A stretch of DNA of 64,000 bases, filler included, from an uncultured Methanosarcinales archaeon (GTDB lineage: Archaea; Nanobdellota; Nanobdellia; Woesearchaeales; CAZOXR01): the NCBI GenBank assembly GCA_964566535.1. It is 6 parts of 6 records of this genome, joined end to end, with 100 filler letters (N's around TTAATTAATTAA, not from the genome) between each part and the next. Parts side by side here need not be neighbours in the genome. Positions count along the whole stretch, not along the records: positions 62,779 to 64,000 come from CAZMIO010000035.1; 5 more parts are not named here. The stretch is one strand, 5' to 3'. Positions 62,679 to 64,000 of the stretch are shown here, piece by piece. The notes below the pieces were generated by a model. The model searched no databases. It was given only the letters and a program-made list of their open reading frames with translations, and was not told the DNA's origin. The translations under genes and the position numbers were made by a program. Numbering within the stretch: position 1 is the stretch's first letter; each line of letters opens with the position of its first letter.

Positions 62679-62778
62679 NNNNNNNNNNNNNNNNNNNNNN
62701 NNNNNNNNNNNNNNNNNNNNNNTTAATTAATTAANNNNNNNNNNNNNNNNNNNNNNNNNNNNNNNNNNNNNNNNNNNN
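62679..62778. other. Artificial contig linker
   Basis: N-run + TTAATTAATTAA + N-run. Confidence 0.98.
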
Positions 62779-63379
62779 ACCTAGGGATATCCCCACTTTT
62801 TCAGCGATGGCAAACAGTGAAACAATTGGCAACCAATGAGTTAAGAATGTTGCTCAGTACCCCTAAACTAATTATATTGTTGAGCAACAACTTCCCCTAT
62901 ACGAAGCAACTGTAGCACATAAATGTAAATGACGAATCCCACGGGATAACAGAGTGTTTGAGAGATTCAGTGTCAGAAAAGCAGGGTAATGAGATGAATA
63001 AAGAAAACGATGAATCTAAAAGCTTGGCAATCAAAGACGCCTGTATCCGCCTTCTTCCAAACTGTGCTGAGGATGTTGATGTCACCGTGTCTCCTACCGA
63101 ATTTGGTTGCAACAAGGCTACCTTTAAGGCAAGCGTAAATGGCAACGGTGATTATTTTGTTTAGGCTTTTGAATCAAGGATGGATAAGCAGGATCGAGAA
63201 TGGACCTTATACATCACTATCTTCACTAGTGCAGTATACCCACCCCGTCGGTGAAACAGGACTAGGACCTGCGGTGTTGGCTTCCGATGGACAGGCTATG
63301 ATAAGAGTGGGTCGAAGATATGGTTCTCGTGCTTGACAACTTTGATGTAATTATAAATGACATTGAGCATGCGGTGGCA

Positions 63380-63630
63380 ATTGGGGCGTTACTCGGTTGG
63401 ATGTATCAACTTCCAGTATACGCTGGTAAGGCTATACGGGTCGTCCCCATCAACTACACTTCTTGGGAGTTTGACAAAGTATTTCCGAGACTCTGCGAAT
63501 AGGATCAGAGGCTAGCGTTTGGGCCAAGTTCAACGCTCTACGGACACGCCCGCCCTTCGAGGGCAACCTTGGCTCGCGGCTAGTCTTAGTCCACGATGAC
63601 TTTCACTGGCTTAACGTGTTGATGACTTAC
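63380..63630 (-). other. Possible degenerate group II intron 5' domain or other structured RNA remnant
   Basis: Minus strand GTGAAAGTC..GGACTAAGACTAGCC and AACCGAGTAACGCCCC resemble domain I motifs. No RT ORF or GTGCG start seen. Confidence 0.25.
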
Positions 63631-63799
63631 TCCAAAGGGGGATTTGAGAGGAACGATGCTTAACTCCTCTAAAAAAACTTAGATGAAAAATGAGACTTAT
63701 GTCAGCGCCAAAGGAAATAAACACCGTCATAGCAAAGAATCCATCAGAAATCGGATTGCATGTACCGCGGTTTTTTTCTCACTGGCGTGCCAACTGACT

Positions 63800-64000
63800 A
63801 TGATGAAAGGCTACGGAATGGAACTCAAATTTCGGGAGACTCTAATGTGGCAGTGTGAGGAGTGGACGCTGAAAAATGCATCATGGTCTGGGAATCCTTT
63901 TGACGTGCTTGCCACAGTTAACTTCGTCCATTCGCACACGGGTGGACAACACACAACGCAAATGTTTTATGTAGGAAACAACCAGTGGAAGTTTCGTTTC
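63800..64000 (+). CDS. N-terminus of DUF5060-like protein, truncated by window end
   Basis: WQCEEWTL..SWSGNPFDVLATVNFVH..MFYVGNNQWKFRF. Confidence 0.6.
   Translation, partial: MMKGYGMELKFRETLMWQCEEWTLKNASWSGNPFDVLATVNFVHSHTGGQHTTQMFYVGNNQWKFRF

Noticed and set aside
18997..62778. Recurrent TTAATTAATTAA flanked by Ns as a biological repeat
   Set aside because: Six-frame stop linker used to concatenate contigs. Gene neighbourhoods across it are meaningless.
62897..63502. Four short ORFs in the last contig
   Set aside because: No recognisable motifs, overlapping on both strands, and probably non-coding or decayed sequence.

Overview
This window is six separate contig pieces joined by artificial N/TTAATTAATTAA linkers (18997-19096, 35557-35656, 45079-45178, 54077-54176, 62679-62778). 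Contigs 1-5 are AT-rich archaeal DNA, most likely DPANN (Woesearchaeota-like; this is an inference). The evidence is a BHB-intron tRNA, Orc1/Cdc6, translin, a Dph2 domain and class III pilin-like genes. Contig 1 is a pilin-like locus with a 4556-aa Cys-rich/Ig-repeat surface protein. Contig 2 carries a HerA-like ATPase, a two-intron tRNA-Asn, a pilin-M64 metalloprotease fusion, translin, ftsZ, a fibre-like adhesin with a 1623-bp internal duplication and a 7-repeat LVIVD propeller, and a three-gene RHH-RHH-RelE module. Contig 3 is the most unusual. It holds two multi-gene cargo blocks of 4.4 and 4.7 kb, separated by attC-like branched hairpins. Each block is bracketed by its own long interrupted inverted repeats, which suggests an integron-like cassette array with 'panhandle' cassettes. 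No recombinase is present in the window. Contigs 4 and 5 encode a very long K/E-rich coiled-coil membrane protein, probably split by the assembly, plus tatD, serS, cdc6 and a lysozyme/SLT-like protein. Contig 6 is GC-richer and may be foreign. All calls come from reading motifs by eye; no searches were run.
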